Of a DNA stretch of 51,969 nt, positions 8,952 to 16,740 are shown piece by piece. A model generated the notes under the pieces. That model searched no databases. It was not told the origin of the DNA and worked only from the letters and a program-made list of their open reading frames with translations. The position numbers and the translations under genes were made by a program. The stretch spans positions 1-51,969 of the forward strand of contig DFHP01000205.1 in NCBI GenBank assembly GCA_002371335.1, written 5' to 3'. This DNA is from Eubacterium sp. UBA3720. GTDB taxonomy: Bacteria; Bacillota; Clostridia; Lachnospirales; Lachnospiraceae. How positions within the stretch are numbered: the first letter of the stretch is position 1; every line of letters starts with the position of its first letter.

Positions 8952-9311
8952 CTCCGTATACCTCCATATTGATTGCTATGATCTACTAACGTCCTTCCCA
9001 CGTATGATCTCATTTTTATCACGCTTACATCCGCCGCTCTCAGATCAATCATCCTGCTTCGAACGCTCTGCGCAAATAAAAAGCGGATAGTCAGACTATC
9101 CGCATAAACTCTTACTCAACAGCAACACACAGAAAACCATACCCCGCAGCCATGATATAACAGGCTCATGCAGGATATCTTCCTGATATGCTTCCCGATC
9201 ACTCTGTATAGCTGATATAAAACATACACATACAGATGATCTCTGCCATTATTGACCCGAGACGCCTTATAGCGCTAAGGTGAGAGCGGACACTCTTCTT
9301 CCTTTTCAACA
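8952..9311 (-). ncRNA. Long 5' leader of infC-rpmI-rplT, candidate L20-responsive ribosomal-protein leader
   Basis: About 360 nt of non-coding sequence between a good promoter and infC, with an internal intrinsic terminator. This matches the position and architecture of the Firmicutes L20 leader. The rRNA-mimic fold was not verified by eye. Confidence 0.5.
9074..9103 (-). terminator. Leader attenuator or terminator upstream of infC
   Basis: Minus strand: GCGGATAGT-CTG-ACTATCCGC followed by TTTTTATTTG, about 125 nt upstream of the infC start. Confidence 0.7.
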
Positions 9312-9317
9312 GACAAT

Positions 9318-9346
9318 ATACTATCATTTTGAAAATATATTGTCAA
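9318..9346 (-). promoter_or_regulatory. Promoter of the infC operon
   Basis: Minus strand: TTGACA (9341-9346), 17-nt spacer, TAGTAT (9318-9323) preceded by TGA (extended -10-like). Confidence 0.6.
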
Positions 9347-9401
9347 GCATTAATTAACGCCATCTTATCCGGCTGATAAATAATGTCATTTTTTCTTTTA
9401 A

Positions 9402-9923
9402 TTACGCCATCCCATCCTTCTGGTCCCTTGCCTTCATCTTCAAAAGTCCGATCTTCCCGCAGAAGTCAAGTATTTTTTCTTCATTCTCCATGCTTTGCTT
9501 TTTCCGCGGATTTACGAGACTTAACGTAGCGCTGACCCGGGGATTACCCGCTGCCTTTCTCAGCTTTAGCATGCACTTTTTCGCGTTGCCGCTGCCGCTG
9601 CACGCCACGATCGCAACTCTTTTCTGCGACAGATCATTCTCCGCCAGAAATGTCCTAAGAGCCGGCGCAAAACCGGAAGCCCAGACGGGCGTGGCGAGGA
9701 TCACACAGTCATAATCCTCAACCGATATGTCATATTCTTCGAGCTTTGGTTTCTCCCGGAATATCACGCTCTTCCCTCCTATAATAAACTTCAGAGGTCC
9801 GATCATGGGTCTTTTCTTCTTCGGAATAAGTCTTAAGATGTCTGTATCAATTTCTTCCGCGATTTTTCGGGCAACCCAGTCTGTATTGCCTTCCAGCGAA
9901 TAGTAAACCAGTAAAGTTTTCAT
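9402..9923 (-). CDS. Flavodoxin family protein
   Basis: 173 aa. N-terminus MKTLLVYYSLEGNT is a flavodoxin phosphate-binding loop. Size is typical. Confidence 0.85.
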   Translation of the reverse strand: MKTLLVYYSLEGNTDWVARKIAEEIDTDILRLIPKKKRPMIGPLKFIIGGKSVIFREKPKLEEYDISVEDYDCVILATPVWASGFAPALRTFLAENDLSQKRVAIVACSGSGNAKKCMLKLRKAAGNPRVSATLSLVNPRKKQSMENEEKILDFCGKIGLLKMKARDQKDGMA

Positions 9924-10094
9924 ACATGATCCTCATCAAAGACGCCTGAGAATCTGATTTCCCAGGAGTCTTCCAAGTTTTTTCGAGACCTGCTTCCTCA
10001 TCTTTTTTCTATGCTTATTCTTTTCTTTATTTATAGCATCCTTCAGAAAGCTGGTAATTTTACGGCCCACCTTAAAATCTCCCGTGCTATTATT

Positions 10095-10967
10095 TTATTC
10101 CATGCAGCAAACCGAAATACCCATCGCGTTCGGTCCGATATGACAGCAGAGGCTCATCGAAAGATCATTATAGAACGTATGCGCCTGCGGAAACTCGTTT
10201 TTGACCGCCTTATACCACTCTTTTGCTTCTCTTTCATCCGTAAGAGAGCCCGCAGTACCGATAGACAGCCTGCTTTCCGGTATGTCCGGATATTTTTCAC
10301 TTATAAAATCGCGGATTCCGCTGATCATACTTGCCTTTGCTTTTTTTAATCCCCGGCATTTTTTCCACACGTCAAGCCCGCCGTCATATATCGACAGTAC
10401 AGGCTTGATATTCAGGATAGAACCGACCGCCGCTTTTGCCGGTGAGATACGTCCGCCTTTCTTCAGATATTCGAACGTATCGACCATTACATACACGATC
10501 GTATCCATTGTTTCGCTTTCCAGCTTTTCCCTGATCTCCGACGCCCGAACGCCCCGGTCAGACATTTTTTTCGCCTTTACCACAGCGTCACGCATGTTCG
10601 CCGATACCCTTCTGATATCTGCCACCTGAACCTTTCCGTCATAGTCCTCTGCCAGCATGACGGCGGTATTGCAGGATCCGCTCAGTTTAGAAGACATCGG
10701 AATATAAAGGATCTCATCAAAACCCGAATTCAAAACTTCATCCCATATTTGTGTCACATCCCCCGGGGAAGGCTGTGAAGATGAAACATTTTTTCCCGAA
10801 GCCTGTGCCTCAAAAAATTCCCCGCGGGTAATATCTACATTTTCAAAATAAGTTGCATCATCAATAATGATCGGCATCGGAACCACAAAAACACCCAGCT
10901 TTTTTCCCTTCTCAGGAGAGATTCCGCTGTTGCTGTCCGTAATGATCGCAGTCTTCATATCTGTCAT
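10095..10967 (-). CDS. DegV family fatty-acid-binding protein
   Basis: 290 aa. TAIITDSNSGISP N-terminus, SSQPSPG motif and GPNAMGI near the C-terminus are typical of DegV. Confidence 0.9.
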   Translation of the reverse strand: MTDMKTAIITDSNSGISPEKGKKLGVFVVPMPIIIDDATYFENVDITRGEFFEAQASGKNVSSSQPSPGDVTQIWDEVLNSGFDEILYIPMSSKLSGSCNTAVMLAEDYDGKVQVADIRRVSANMRDAVVKAKKMSDRGVRASEIREKLESETMDTIVYVMVDTFEYLKKGGRISPAKAAVGSILNIKPVLSIYDGGLDVWKKCRGLKKAKASMISGIRDFISEKYPDIPESRLSIGTAGSLTDEREAKEWYKAVKNEFPQAHTFYNDLSMSLCCHIGPNAMGISVCCME

Positions 10968-10973
10968 TCACCC

Positions 10974-12470
10974 TTAATTGTTTATTCCCTGATGTGCAGT
11001 CGGACTTCCTTCGCTGAGCGGAAGGAATGTATATCCGTTAGCCTGTCCCCATTTGATCACGTTTTCGATAGCGTTTACCGTATATTCCTTGATATCATGG
11101 CACAGGACTACGGACTGGTCATTGGATGCACATCCGTTAATGATATTCTGATAGACCGTTTCGCTGTCAGTCGTTTCTCCGGCGTCTCCGCTGGATACAT
11201 TCCAGTCAAAGTATATGTAACCCTTCTGTCCCGCTTCGGCGCTCAGCTCCGACATGATACCGTCTCTGTATTTAGCGCTGATCGTATTTGAGCTGCCTCC
11301 CGGGAAACGGAAGAGGTTTGTTCTGCTTCCTGTCTGTTCCTCGATCACATCGTTCATCCTGTCAAAATCTGCCCAGTACGCTTCCGGGGAAGTATAAATA
11401 GTCGCGTAATCATGGGTATAAGAATGAATCGCAACTGCGTGGCCTGCCTTGGCCTCTTTTCCGATGATATTCATATAATCGCTGTTTCCGAACTGATTTG
11501 TGACAAAAAACGTAACCTTCACATTATACTTGTCAAGAATACTAAGAAGCTGTTCCGTGTATGGTCCCGGTCCGTCGTCAAAGGTAAGATAAATAACATT
11601 CTCCGTGATCTCATCCGGCTTTACCACTTTTATGGTTCTTTCCTCTGTGGTGGTATTGCCGTGAGCGTCTGTTACGGTATATGTTCTGGTATAAGTACCT
11701 TTCTTACTCGTATCCACCTCGTCTCCGGACACCTGAACGGTTGATGTGATATCTCCGTCCACATCATCCGTGGCGGTAAATTCATCCGTAAACTCTGTTC
11801 CAAGAGCGATGGTCATGCTGCTGCCGCCCGAAAGTTCGATCTCCGGTCCGGTACGATCGTCATATACGATCTCCCGCTCGGCCTTTCCTACATTTCCCGA
11901 GGAATCAGTAACTGTATAATATACTTTTCCGTCACGTTCCTCGCGGATAACGCTTCCTGTGAGATCTCCGTCATATGCGTCAGTGGCAGTGTATCCCTCC
12001 TCTGAATACTCCTGACCGACTGTCGTATAGCTTTCCGGGTCTGAAACCAGATCGATCACCGGAGGCGTTGTATCCTGCACAACGACCTGACGCTGCTTTG
12101 ACGCAGTCAGACCATCATGCTCTGCCGTGTAGGTCAGGGTATATGTGCCCAGCACAGAAGTATCCACTGTTCCTTCCACCTGGACGTCATCTATTCTGGC
12201 ATCTCTGAAAGGAAGTATCGTACCTGTATACCTGGCCTCGGCTCCCTGCTCTTCATAGTTTCCCTGATATTCTACAGTGACCGTATCCTTTCCTTTCAGT
12301 TCGATCACAAGATTGTATTTGTTCTTTATATTTACCAATACGCACAGCACCACGATCCCCAGTATTGCCGCAATCCCGAGAAAGATCGACAGCCTCTGCA
12401 CATAAAGATCCCTGTTTTTCTGCTGTTTACCGTTGTTTCCAAGTTTCCCTGCTGACGACAATGGTGACAC
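10974..12470 (-). CDS. Membrane-anchored polysaccharide deacetylase (NodB domain) with repeated Ig-like modules
   Basis: N-terminal TM segment. Three repeats of the type YTATDAYDGDLTGSV / FTATDDVDGDITSTV. C-terminal NodB motifs LTFDDGPGPYT and HSYTH. Confidence 0.85.
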   Translation of the reverse strand: MSPLSSAGKLGNNGKQQKNRDLYVQRLSIFLGIAAILGIVVLCVLVNIKNKYNLVIELKGKDTVTVEYQGNYEEQGAEARYTGTILPFRDARIDDVQVEGTVDTSVLGTYTLTYTAEHDGLTASKQRQVVVQDTTPPVIDLVSDPESYTTVGQEYSEEGYTATDAYDGDLTGSVIREERDGKVYYTVTDSSGNVGKAEREIVYDDRTGPEIELSGGSSMTIALGTEFTDEFTATDDVDGDITSTVQVSGDEVDTSKKGTYTRTYTVTDAHGNTTTEERTIKVVKPDEITENVIYLTFDDGPGPYTEQLLSILDKYNVKVTFFVTNQFGNSDYMNIIGKEAKAGHAVAIHSYTHDYATIYTSPEAYWADFDRMNDVIEEQTGSRTNLFRFPGGSSNTISAKYRDGIMSELSAEAGQKGYIYFDWNVSSGDAGETTDSETVYQNIINGCASNDQSVVLCHDIKEYTVNAIENVIKWGQANGYTFLPLSEGSPTAHQGINN

Positions 12471-12625
12471 CCCTCATTTAAAGATTAATATACTCCCTGT
12501 GTATTTTTGCAAAATCATACATTTATATAATACAACTTTTTATATGAAAATCAATCCTATGGCCGTCTCTTTTATCTCAGTGCGGGAAGACCCCCGCTGA
12601 GATAAACTCTCTGCGAGACCTGAAT

Positions 12626-13336
12626 TTAGTCTATCTTTCCCACAACGCTGCTGAGGATATGCTCCTTCTGTTTTTCTATATGACGGCTCATAAGCTCTAC
12701 AGCCCTGTCCGCGTTTTTATTCTTCAGGGATTCGCATAATTCAATATGCTCCTCGCTCAGTTTTTTTCTGCTCTCCCCGTCCCTGAGATATTCCACACGA
12801 TATCTGTATATCTGATCGCTGATATTATTCATCATCTGCACAAGCCTGCTGTTGCCTGTTGCCTCACAGATCAGAGCATGAAATTTCTCGTCTGTTTTTG
12901 CAAGTTCCAGAATATACTCAGCGTCATCTGTTTTATTGTTCCTCACCTGCTCCTCAAAAACTTTCGCATTCTCGTAAAGAACCTTGATCTGATCTTCAGT
13001 GATCCGTTCCGCCGCCAGACCCACCGCAAAATTCTCCAGTCCTTCCCTCAGCTCCAGAACCTCTTTCAGATCCTTTTCTGTGATCTTCGCAACAGTCGTT
13101 CCTTTCCTGGGAACATTCACTACCAGTCCTTCCAGCTGCAGCATCCTGATAGCCTCCCTGATCGGCGTCCTGCTGACTCCAAGTTCTTCCGACAGCTTGA
13201 TCTCCATCAGACGTTCATCAGGTTTCAGATGCCCTCTCAGTATGGATTTACGCAGAGTATGAAAAACAACGTCTCTTAAAGGCATGTCCTGATACTCTTC
13301 CATGATCTGAATATACTCTTCCTTCATAAGTTTCAC
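12626..13336 (-). CDS. GntR family transcriptional regulator (FadR/FCD subtype)
   Basis: 236 aa. Winged-HTH segment LSEELGVSRTPIREAIRMLQLEGLV followed by a helical C-terminal domain. Confidence 0.9.
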   Translation of the reverse strand: MKLMKEEYIQIMEEYQDMPLRDVVFHTLRKSILRGHLKPDERLMEIKLSEELGVSRTPIREAIRMLQLEGLVVNVPRKGTTVAKITEKDLKEVLELREGLENFAVGLAAERITEDQIKVLYENAKVFEEQVRNNKTDDAEYILELAKTDEKFHALICEATGNSRLVQMMNNISDQIYRYRVEYLRDGESRKKLSEEHIELCESLKNKNADRAVELMSRHIEKQKEHILSSVVGKID

Positions 13337-13397
13337 CTCTGCTGATCATCTATGCTTTCTGGCCCGGCGATCCGTTTCCGCCATGACAGCTTTACAT

Positions 13398-14264
13398 TCA
13401 TTTCCTGTTTATCTGGAACGGACGAGTCACAAAAACATTTCTCGCCAGTTTTTCTTTTCTGATCTGATCCGCGGCAAACGCAGCCTCCTGCTTATCTTTG
13501 AAGATGCCGAATACCGTCGGCCCGCTTCCGCTCATCAATGCTCCCATCGCGCCGCAGCTGATCATTTTTTCCTTTAACTGCCGGATGATGGGATACTTGT
13601 TTATTGTAACACTCTCAAGAACATTTTCCAACCTGTCAGTAATCCCCGAAAGAGACCCCCGGCCGATCGCCTCTATCATCCCGTCAATATCAGGATGATG
13701 ATCCACCTCCTCCAGATGCAGATTGGAGTATACGAATCTGGTAGAAACGCTTACGCCCGGTCTTGCAATGAGAATATGACACATCGGCATTGCGTCAAGT
13801 CTGGTCAGCTTATCGCCGATCCCTTCCGCAAGCGCCGTTCCCCGCATGATGCAGTAAGGAATATCAGCGCCTATGGAAGCGCCTCTCCTCATCAGTTCTT
13901 TTTCTGATATTCTCAGATCGAACATCTGGTTAAGCCCCACCAGCACTGCCGCCGCATCGGTACTTCCTCCGGCAAGTCCCGCCGCCACCGGAATGTTCTT
14001 TGCCAGATCTATCTTTACTCCTTCTCTGATCTGAAACTCGTCCATCAGCAGCTTCGCTGCCTTAACCGCAAGGTTGCTGTTGTCAGTCGGCAGATAGCTC
14101 CGGTTGGTACAGAAATGTATACCCGGTTCCTGCGTCTTTTCCATCTCTATCTGATCATACAGATAAATACTCTGCATGATCATACGCAGATCGTGATATC
14201 CGTCCTCCCGTCTGCGGATCACATCCAGTCCCAGATTTATCTTTGCCATCGCTTTCAGTATCAT
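13398..14264 (-). CDS. ispE: 4-diphosphocytidyl-2-C-methyl-D-erythritol kinase
   Basis: AKINLGLDV start region and the GHMP kinase motif PVAAGLAGGSTDAAA. Start moved to ATG 14264 (MILKAMAKINL), which has GGAGGGAG 8 nt upstream. The track start at 14315 has no RBS. Confidence 0.9.
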   Translation of the reverse strand: MILKAMAKINLGLDVIRRREDGYHDLRMIMQSIYLYDQIEMEKTQEPGIHFCTNRSYLPTDNSNLAVKAAKLLMDEFQIREGVKIDLAKNIPVAAGLAGGSTDAAAVLVGLNQMFDLRISEKELMRRGASIGADIPYCIMRGTALAEGIGDKLTRLDAMPMCHILIARPGVSVSTRFVYSNLHLEEVDHHPDIDGMIEAIGRGSLSGITDRLENVLESVTINKYPIIRQLKEKMISCGAMGALMSGSGPTVFGIFKDKQEAAFAADQIRKEKLARNVFVTRPFQINRK

Positions 14265-14376
14265 TATTCTCTCCCTCCGGCTGCCATTTTCACTTAAAAA
14301 CTTCCCACATGTCATTTCTGAATATTTGTGATCATGAAAAACCTTTCCGATGTTGTTTTTTCATGATCCCAACAGC

Positions 14377-14407
14377 CCCTTCAGAATGAAGCGGGAAGTT
14401 TTTATAA
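14377..14407 (+). repeat. Copy A of a roughly 30-nt intergenic element (CCCTTCAGnATnAAGCGGGAAGTTTT(T)ATAA)
   Basis: Direct comparison with 43037..43066 (reverse complement): about 28 of 31 aligned columns identical with one 1-nt indel. Confidence 0.7.
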
Positions 14408-14511
14408 CTTATATCAAACTTTGCTGCAGCCTGTATTACGTCATCATATGATTGAAAATATTCTGTAATATTTATATAATTAATAACATAACAGAAAGGA
14501 ATGATTTTGTC

Positions 14512-15246
14512 ATGATAAGATTAGTTTTAATCGTTGCCGCTATTATAATTTACCTGATACTGACGCTTCCTGTCGTTCTTGTCCTTTATCTTATCGGTCT
14601 GAAAAAGCCTGAGACGAAGAGACGGGCGGCGGCCGCCATGATCAGATGGTTTCTCCGCGTTCTTAAGGTACTTGCAGGTACAAAGCTCACCGTCATCGGC
14701 GCGGACCGGGTGCCTCAGGATTCCGCAGTACTTTATGTCGGAAATCACCGAAGCCTGTTTGATGTAGTTCTTGCATTGCCGCTTACCAAAAACTTCACAG
14801 GTTTTGTGGCCAAGCATACACTCAGGAAGGTTCCCATGTTCGGCGTATGGATGACCTTTATCGGCTGTATTCTTTTCGACCGCGACGATATCAAGGATGG
14901 CATGAGAATGATAAAAGCCGGAACCGAAGAACTGAAAAACGGAAATTCCATCTTTATTTTCCCTGAGGGTACCAGAAACAAGGCCCCTGAGGAGCTTCCG
15001 CTTCTGGAATTCCACGAGGGAAGCTTCCGTATGGCTATGAAGAGCAAATGCCCTGTCGTTCCCGTTGCCATTACGGGAACTGCCAATATCCTTGAAAAGC
15101 ATTTCCCTCTGATCAGAAGCTGTCCGGTTACGATAGAATTCTGCGAACCGGTCTATCCCGACGATATACCAAAGGAAATGCGCAAAAAAATCGGCGTAAT
15201 GACAAGCAGCATCATTGAAGAAAAAATTTCTGCAAACAAGAGCTGA
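14512..15246 (+). CDS. plsC: 1-acyl-sn-glycerol-3-phosphate acyltransferase
   Basis: HX4D motif (GNHRSLFD) and FPEGTRN motif, with an N-terminal TM helix. Start placed at ATG 14512 (MIRLVLIV...); the track start at 14452 is possible but adds an implausible N-terminus. Confidence 0.85.
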   Translation: MIRLVLIVAAIIIYLILTLPVVLVLYLIGLKKPETKRRAAAAMIRWFLRVLKVLAGTKLTVIGADRVPQDSAVLYVGNHRSLFDVVLALPLTKNFTGFVAKHTLRKVPMFGVWMTFIGCILFDRDDIKDGMRMIKAGTEELKNGNSIFIFPEGTRNKAPEELPLLEFHEGSFRMAMKSKCPVVPVAITGTANILEKHFPLIRSCPVTIEFCEPVYPDDIPKEMRKKIGVMTSSIIEEKISANKS

Positions 15247-15330
15247 ATCCTGTTTACGTAAAGAACGGCTGCCGGTTTTAAAAAGGACGATCGAAAAGCA
15301 TAAAAAAAATGAATAATCGGTAAAAACATG

Positions 15331-15359
15331 TTGACAAACGCCTGCCGCTAGTGTAATAT
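15331..15359 (+). promoter_or_regulatory. Promoter for tRNA-Arg
   Basis: TTGACA (15331-15336), 17-nt spacer, TAATAT (15354-15359), 29 nt upstream of the tRNA. Confidence 0.55.
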
Positions 15360-15388
15360 ATATATTGTTGTGAACAACAACGTTGATT

Positions 15389-15462
15389 GTGCGGTTAGCT
15401 CAGCTGGATAGAGCGTTTGGCTACGGACCAAAAGGTCGGGGGTTCGAATCCTCTACCGCACG
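15389..15462 (+). tRNA. tRNA-Arg (anticodon ACG)
   Basis: Acceptor GTGCGGT/ACCGCAC. D-loop AGCTCAGCTGGATAGAGC. Anticodon stem TTTGG/CCAAA with loop CTACGGA. T-arm GGTTCGAATCC. Confidence 0.9.
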
Positions 15463-15470
15463 TATTTAAA

Positions 15471-15498
15471 GCACTTACGAAATGTAAGTGCTTTTTTT
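15471..15498 (+). terminator. Intrinsic terminator after tRNA-Arg
   Basis: GCACTTAC / GTAAGTGC stem, 5-nt loop, run of 7 T. Confidence 0.85.
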
Positions 15499-15665
15499 AT
15501 TCCACATAAAATTGTGTCAATTTCCTGTGGAACACCCCCCGTGGGTGCCCACGCCGCACAAAGGAAGGCAGCTACGCAGGGATTCGGTTTGGAAGATGTC
15601 TGCTGAAGCTGACCCGAATCCAGTGCCAGGTCTCGCGAGCGAGACCTGAAAAGAATTGCTATCAT

Positions 15666-16706
15666 TTATTGTTCTTTCGTATATTCCAGAGCCAGACGAT
15701 AAAATATGGGATCCTCCAGTGCATCTTCCCAGTATGAATATATGCCCAGTGTATCGAATATGGCATCCGGCGAAAAACGCAGGCCGTCATAATGATACTG
15801 ATTGGAAATGATCAGACACTGTGTCTTGGGCAGCATCTCATTATTGAGCAGCAGCTTATTCATTTTTCTGGCTGATATCGTGTTCGGCTCGGTTATCATA
15901 AGGATCTCATCCGAAATATCCAGAATATCCTTTATATCTTCATCCATGGAAGATCCAAGATCCAGCACGATATAATCAAAATTCCGTTTCTTTTTTATCA
16001 GCGAGAGCATATTCGCCCAGATCGTCTTATTCAGTCCCAGTTCTCTTAAGTATTTGCGGAATGGTTTCAGATAGGAACAGCCCTGTTCCCGGATATTATC
16101 CAGTATTGCCCAGTACGTATCCCCCGCGTCACATAGCAGTTTTTCCGCCAGCGACTCATCCGCATACGATGTCTCCTCAAAAAAAGCAGCGAAGCTCTGC
16201 ATGTTATCGCAGCCCACCAGCAGGACCTCCTGATCCAGTTTCTGCAGCTTTCTGCTCAGGCCGATCGAGATCAGACTTTTTCCGCATCCTCCGATCGGAG
16301 AATAAACCGAAATGATCTTCGTCGTCTTCTGGTTCTTATGAATATCCAGAATGTTTGAATCCATCTGATCATAGGTATTGGTAATTGTCTTTAAGACATC
16401 CTTTCCGGGAATGTATTTCATCATGACCTGAACGTCATCATCTATCTCCATTCCGAAACGGATCTCCGGCAGCATGAGGATGGTCTTTTTTATCACATGC
16501 TCTTTGAGATATTCCCCATAATTATCATAATCGATCATCAGCAGATCAATATACTGTTCTTCCTGAAAAAAAGCTTCCCGATATTCTTCCTCTGTAATAA
16601 TATGAATTTCAATTCTGTCAGCCAGCCTCGGCACAAGAGCTTCCTCCAGCTGTCTGACATAATCGATATCATTATCCACGATTACAAGATTATGTTTTCT
16701 ATTCAT
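15666..16706 (-). CDS. TadZ/CpaE-like protein: N-terminal receiver-like domain plus atypical ParA/MinD-family ATPase domain
   Basis: 346 aa. N-terminal LVIVDNDIDY...IDLLMIDYD resembles a REC fold. P-loop is VYSPIGGCGKSLISIGL (16275-16301) and Walker B-like is FDYIVLDLG. The signature Lys of the deviant Walker A (KGGxGK[ST]) is replaced by Ile. Confidence 0.8.
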   Translation of the reverse strand: MNRKHNLVIVDNDIDYVRQLEEALVPRLADRIEIHIITEEEYREAFFQEEQYIDLLMIDYDNYGEYLKEHVIKKTILMLPEIRFGMEIDDDVQVMMKYIPGKDVLKTITNTYDQMDSNILDIHKNQKTTKIISVYSPIGGCGKSLISIGLSRKLQKLDQEVLLVGCDNMQSFAAFFEETSYADESLAEKLLCDAGDTYWAILDNIREQGCSYLKPFRKYLRELGLNKTIWANMLSLIKKKRNFDYIVLDLGSSMDEDIKDILDISDEILMITEPNTISARKMNKLLLNNEMLPKTQCLIISNQYHYDGLRFSPDAIFDTLGIYSYWEDALEDPIFYRLALEYTKEQ

Positions 16707-16740
16707 GAAATTACCCTGCTTAATATAAAGTCATAGTCAA

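Noticed and set aside
12567-12607. Hairpin TTATCTCAGCGGGG...CCCGCACTGAGATAA after the GntR gene, considered as an intrinsic terminator.
   Set aside because: The stem is bulged and no T-tract follows it on the minus strand. It may still act as a stabiliser, but the evidence is too weak to list as a feature.
12613-12624. 12-mer GCGAGACCTGAA found after the stop codons of both the GntR gene (12613) and the ParA-like gene (15641), with a related CGAGACCTG at 9986.
   Set aside because: It is too short to be significant. At 15627-15648 it is simply one arm of a local hairpin. No common flanking structure is present.
15453-15665. 70-aa minus-strand ORF downstream of the ParA-like gene.
   Set aside because: It overlaps the 3' end of tRNA-Arg and its terminator. 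It has no RBS and the peptide looks low-complexity. The region is better explained as structured non-coding DNA.
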